NCBI RefSeq assembly: GCF_009914755.1
Contig: NC_060933.1
DNA length: 64,000 bases
Source: the human T2T-CHM13v2.0 reference genome, Homo sapiens
Direction: 5' to 3' (one strand)
The position numbers and the translations under genes are program-made. Shown here one piece after another: positions 48,576 to 64,000 of the stretch (its first letter is position 1; each line of letters opens with the position of its first letter). The notes beneath the pieces are model-generated. The model searched no databases. It worked only from the letters and a program-made list of their open reading frames with translations, and was not told the origin of the DNA.

Positions 48576-49404
48576 CTAGCAGGTTTGTGGAATAAACCCT
48601 CAGCACTCATGGGTAATTTTAAAATCAAATTATTGTTTCTTATTGTGGTAGCTAATTCTTAAATACGGTTTGCTAATATTGGCTACAATACTGGACTGAC
48701 AAGCCACAAGCCTTAGAGTCTCACAGAAAACACAGGTTGTCACACATCATTTAAATCAAGTCACCCGCACCCGTCCAAACAGGTCAGCTGCCATCAAAAT
48801 TCCTCTTTCCTGGATGCCCCGCCTTCAAAGCTCTGCTCTCTATACTTGGGAGAGTTTGGGTTCAAGTGAAATAAAATATGATGCAAAATGTTGAAAGAAG
48901 AGCTGAAATTTATGGGCACCCATAACCCAAAAGTTTCAGTTACAAGTCTGACTTAAGGTGGCATTAACCAGTGATTCAAAAAATACCTCAAGAATCCAGT
49001 TTCTCCTCCTAGCTCTGCTCTGTTCTCAGGTTCTCCTCTCATTATCATAAGATGACTGCAGCTGCAGCAGCAGTTTTTACATCCTCTCAGCTTCAAATCT
49101 GGCGGACAGAGAAAGATACTCTTCCCACTGAGTGACTTGAGCCCTTGAGCCCTCCATCTATGGGGGAAAGTACCCATAACTAAGCCAACCTCACCACTAC
49201 ACTGAATACTAGCATCAATAATTAGCCTCCATCCACTGGAGCTCGACCTGAGCGTGGGGTCAGCCTCTCCCAAACCCCAGGACTGAGCTGCGAAGGAGCA
49301 GTTCCCAGTGGAAACTCACAGAAATGTTTTACCAGAAGGGCAAAAGGATTCTGCACAGAAAATCAGCATGTGTGACTAGCTAGCTATTCCAAATCATACA
49401 TGCA

Positions 49405-49726
49405 TTTTCTTTTTATTCTTTATTCTTTTCTTTTTTTTTTTTTGAGATGGAGTCTCACTCTGTTCCCAGGCTGGAGTGCAACGGCATGATCTCAACTCAC
49501 TGCAACTTCTGACTCCCAGGTTCAAGCGATTCTCCTGCCTCAACCTCCTGAGTAGCTGGGATTACAGGCATGTGCCACCATGCCCAGCTAATTTTTTTGT
49601 ATTTTGAATGGAAATGGGGTTTCACTCTACTGGCCAGGCTGGTCTCGAACTCCTGACCTCAAGTGATCCACCTGCCTCGGCCTCCCAAAGTGCTGAGATT
49701 ACAGGTGTGAGCCACCCCGCCCAGCC
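49405..49726 (-). mobile_element. AluS
   Basis: Full-length antisense Alu. Confidence 0.92.
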
Positions 49727-49797
49727 TGTACAGGCGTTTTCACAAAGCATAACTTACTTGAGCTGGAAGTTTTTTTAAATCCCCTGTCCATGTGGAA

Positions 49798-49874
49798 TTA
49801 CTGGTGCAAAAGTAATCATGGTTTTTGCTATCAAAAGTAATGGCAAAACCGCAATTGCTTTTGCACCAGCCTAA
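49798..49874. mobile_element. MADE1 (Hsmar1-derived MITE)
   Basis: TGGTGCAAAAGTAAT...GCAATTGCTTTTGCACCAGCCTAA followed by TA; about 80-bp palindrome. Confidence 0.92.
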
Positions 49875-50494
49875 TAGGACTTGGCTTTAGGTCTGTCATC
49901 GCTTTGGGTAACTCTTTTTCGTTCTGTTGTTTTTAAGCTATATCCACCTAAAGGTTATTTAAACCCCAAACTGAACACAGTTCTCTGGGCTAGTCTGACC
50001 ACTGTAAAATCAAGTGGAACTTCTATAGGTCCTGATATTAAACCTCAGTAATACATTCAGAATATTTTTTATAACTCAGGTGCAGAGCCTTAAATGTCTA
50101 CCCATTACATTGTACATTGTTAAATTTAGTCTATTGCATCTACCCTCCCTTAGCATATAACTCCAGAAAACACTAGAAATGGCTTTCTGGAGACCAGCTC
50201 TCCACCCAGGAATAATGAGCCTGATGTCACCTCAGGCTAGCCCCAGGGACCTCTCCAGAAAAGTCTAAAAGGGGAGATACTGGGTAAGGAGACTCATGGC
50301 TTGCTTCAGCCAAACATTTACAGCCTCTGCAAAGCTACAGGAAGGATTCTGGCTTCTAGATCAATCTAGTTTTTTAGAAGCGGAGACCTGTCTTGTGCAA
50401 ACAAAAACCTCTGGGGCCTCAGGAAAAAGGAAGAACCTTCCAGCTTCCAAGATCAGGAAGATATTGAGGAGGAGGCCCTCAGGCTAGATAGGTT

Positions 50495-50512
50495 TTCTTT
50501 TTATTCTTTCTT

Positions 50513-50569
<57 letters not shown>

Positions 50570-50859
50570 CTTAGACAGGATCTTACTCTCTCTGCTGCCA
50601 GGCTAGAATGCAGTGGTGCAATCACAGCTTGCTGCAGCCCCTACCTCCCTCGGCTCAGTAATCCTTGTACCTCAGCTTCCCAAGTAGCTGGGACTACAGG
50701 CATGCATCACCACACCCAGCTAATTTTTTTTCTTTTTTTGTAGAGACAAAGTTTCGCCATGTTGCCCCGGCTCGTCTTGAACTCCTGGGCTCAAACAATC
50801 CACCCACCTTGGTCTCCCAAAGTGTTAGAATTACAGTTGTGAGCCATGGCATCCAGCCT
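50495..50859 (-). mobile_element. AluJ with (TC)n tail
   Basis: Antisense Alu. Confidence 0.9.
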
Positions 50860-50898
50860 ACAAAAATTTTTTTTTTTTTTTTGAGGCAGAGTTTCGTT

Positions 50899-52530
<1,632 letters not shown>

Positions 52531-52649
52531 TTAAGACAGAGCAAGACCCTGTCTCAAAACCAAACAAAAACAATAACACTTTTTGGTTCACGATCTGGTT
52601 ATGAAAGAAACACAAGTGAATTATGGAACATTTTAATAAAGAAAAATTA

Positions 52650-53152
<503 letters not shown>

Positions 53153-53319
53153 CCAGTTAAATTTGCATTTCAGATAAACAGTGAATAATGTTTTAGTATC
53201 AGTATGTCCCATGCAATATTGTAACAAATACTGCATCAGATATACTTAAACTATGACATTATTTGTTATTTATTTGAAATGCAAATTTAGCTGGGCATAC
53301 TGTATTTTATCTGGCAACT
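53153..53319. mobile_element. MER53 palindromic hAT MITE (one end lost)
   Basis: CCAGTTAAATTTGCATTTCAGATAAAC pairs with ...TTTGAAATGCAAATTTAGCTGG; ends TTTTATCTGGCAAC. Confidence 0.82.
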
Positions 53320-54463
53320 TCAATTTCACCTCCATTCATCATGCCAAGATGGTCCTTATCTATGCTACAGTTTTAGGAATACGGAAAAAGGTTTCCAAGC
53401 ATTTCCCACAGCTGCCGGTATTCTGGCCTAAAATTTTACTAACAGAGGATGGGTTTTTTTTGTGTGTTGCCATTGGTTGCAGATTTTATCTCAGGGGCTG
53501 TACAGAAAACAAGGATCTGATGGAAAGGAGGATGGAAAATGATGAAATGATGAAAAACACTAAAAATTACATAGCACTTTCTCCATGCCAGGTACTTTTC
53601 TGAGCACCTTACACATTTTAACTCCTGTAATCTGTACAACCACTTAATAGCACCTACTATTATCCTGATCTTACAGACGAGGAAACTAAATTACAGAGAA
53701 GCAGAATGATTTGCCCAAAGTCTCAGGTGGCAGAACTAGCATTCAAACTTGAGCAGCCTAAGTCCCAAATTGATGCTTTCAGCCACCCTGCTATGGCAAT
53801 TCTCAGAGGCAGAGCCAGCGTCTGGAGGCCAGGGACGGCTCCAAACGAGTCTTGCTGAAGGTCTACGGAGGCTTGCTAAAGGAATGGGGCTGGAAAGGAC
53901 CTGGACGAACGCTACGTCACTGCTTGTTTAGCGGTCCCCCGGTTCCAGGAGGTGAAGTCCTAATTCCTTAGCCTGGCATTGTATTGGCAGTCTTCACCAC
54001 ACCCCAATTCCCACCTGAGGCCCAATCTAGCCTCCTATCTAGCAGGTACTTGGTGCTGCTCCCCAAACCTCCCACACGCCCTTATTCCTCTTCCTTAGCA
54101 TATTCTGTTCCCTCCCCTCACTCTCTTCCATGTCTGTTCAGAGAGAGCGCTCACCAAATAACTATTTGCTCCTCCACCTTCCCCAGCCTCCCTAGCAATT
54201 AAGTTGGGACCATATAATTCTGGCTAGTGGATCGTGAGCAGAAGTGACATGTGTCAATTCTCAGACAAGGTATTTAAGAGCTCAAGTATCTAAGAACCAG
54301 TGGTCTCTTCCCTGCTGAGAAGACTTTGGAGGCTGTGTGTTTTAGATGGGGCAGCGGCAAGGTGGAGGGCAATAGCCCAACCCATAGAAATGAACTTTTG
54401 TTGGTGATAAGCTGTGGATTTTCACGTTTATCTGCGGCCACAACATCACCTAGACTCTTCTGA

Positions 54464-58120
<3,657 letters not shown>

Positions 58121-58428
58121 CTAGCTGAGACAATTATCTTTTGGGGCAGGACCAAAGGAACATGGCATCCTTTCTCCCCACTGCATTCGCTGCCTTCATC
58201 TCTGTATCAAGGGCTACGTCCTTGGGAATTCCAGAGAAAAGGAAATGTCTACCCTCAAGGAAAATTTCGAGCTTCTGGGTCTTCTTATGGAGAATGAAGG
58301 TCAAACATAAAATTTGAGGACCCAGACTGTTAGATAACAGTTCAATAATGGATAACTTTTGGATAACATTTATTGTGTGCCAGGCACCATTCTAAGAGCT
58401 TCATATAGAGCAACTCATTTATTCCTCA

Positions 58429-59191
<763 letters not shown>

Positions 59192-59228
59192 CCAAGAAGC
59201 CAAGAAATAGGCCCAGGATCACATAGCT

Positions 59229-64000
<4,772 letters not shown>

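Overview
Human/primate genomic DNA, about 40-45% GC and very Alu-dense (roughly 70 Alu copies or fragments by my count). The only protein-coding gene is the 5' part of SUSD1 (sushi domain-containing 1) on the minus strand. It has a CpG-island promoter and exon 1 (signal peptide) at about 36.3-36.9 kb, then four phase-1 exons: EGF (18632-18745), two calcium-binding EGF (10375-10530, 4605-4757) and sushi/CCP (3464-3643). The gene continues beyond the left edge. Intron 1 holds a processed RPL29 pseudogene and a Y1-RNA retrocopy. The rest is interspersed repeats: Alu, old and young L1, L2, MIR, MaLR/ERV1 solo LTRs, Tigger3, hAT MITEs and MADE1. Nearly all other ORFs in the track are Alu, microsatellite or CpG-island artefacts. 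I see no convincing new multi-gene system. The best leads are: (i) an exon and inverted-Alu layout that would give stop-free SUSD1 circRNAs; (ii) an exact 26-bp unique sequence copied into a (TA)n tract so that it brackets exon 5; (iii) a 19-bp CCAAT+TATA minisatellite; (iv) a perfect double-E-box palindrome in the promoter; (v) several well-preserved nested or rearranged transposon structures. Repeat subfamily names are from memory of consensus sequences, and repeat boundaries are approximate unless a TSD is quoted.
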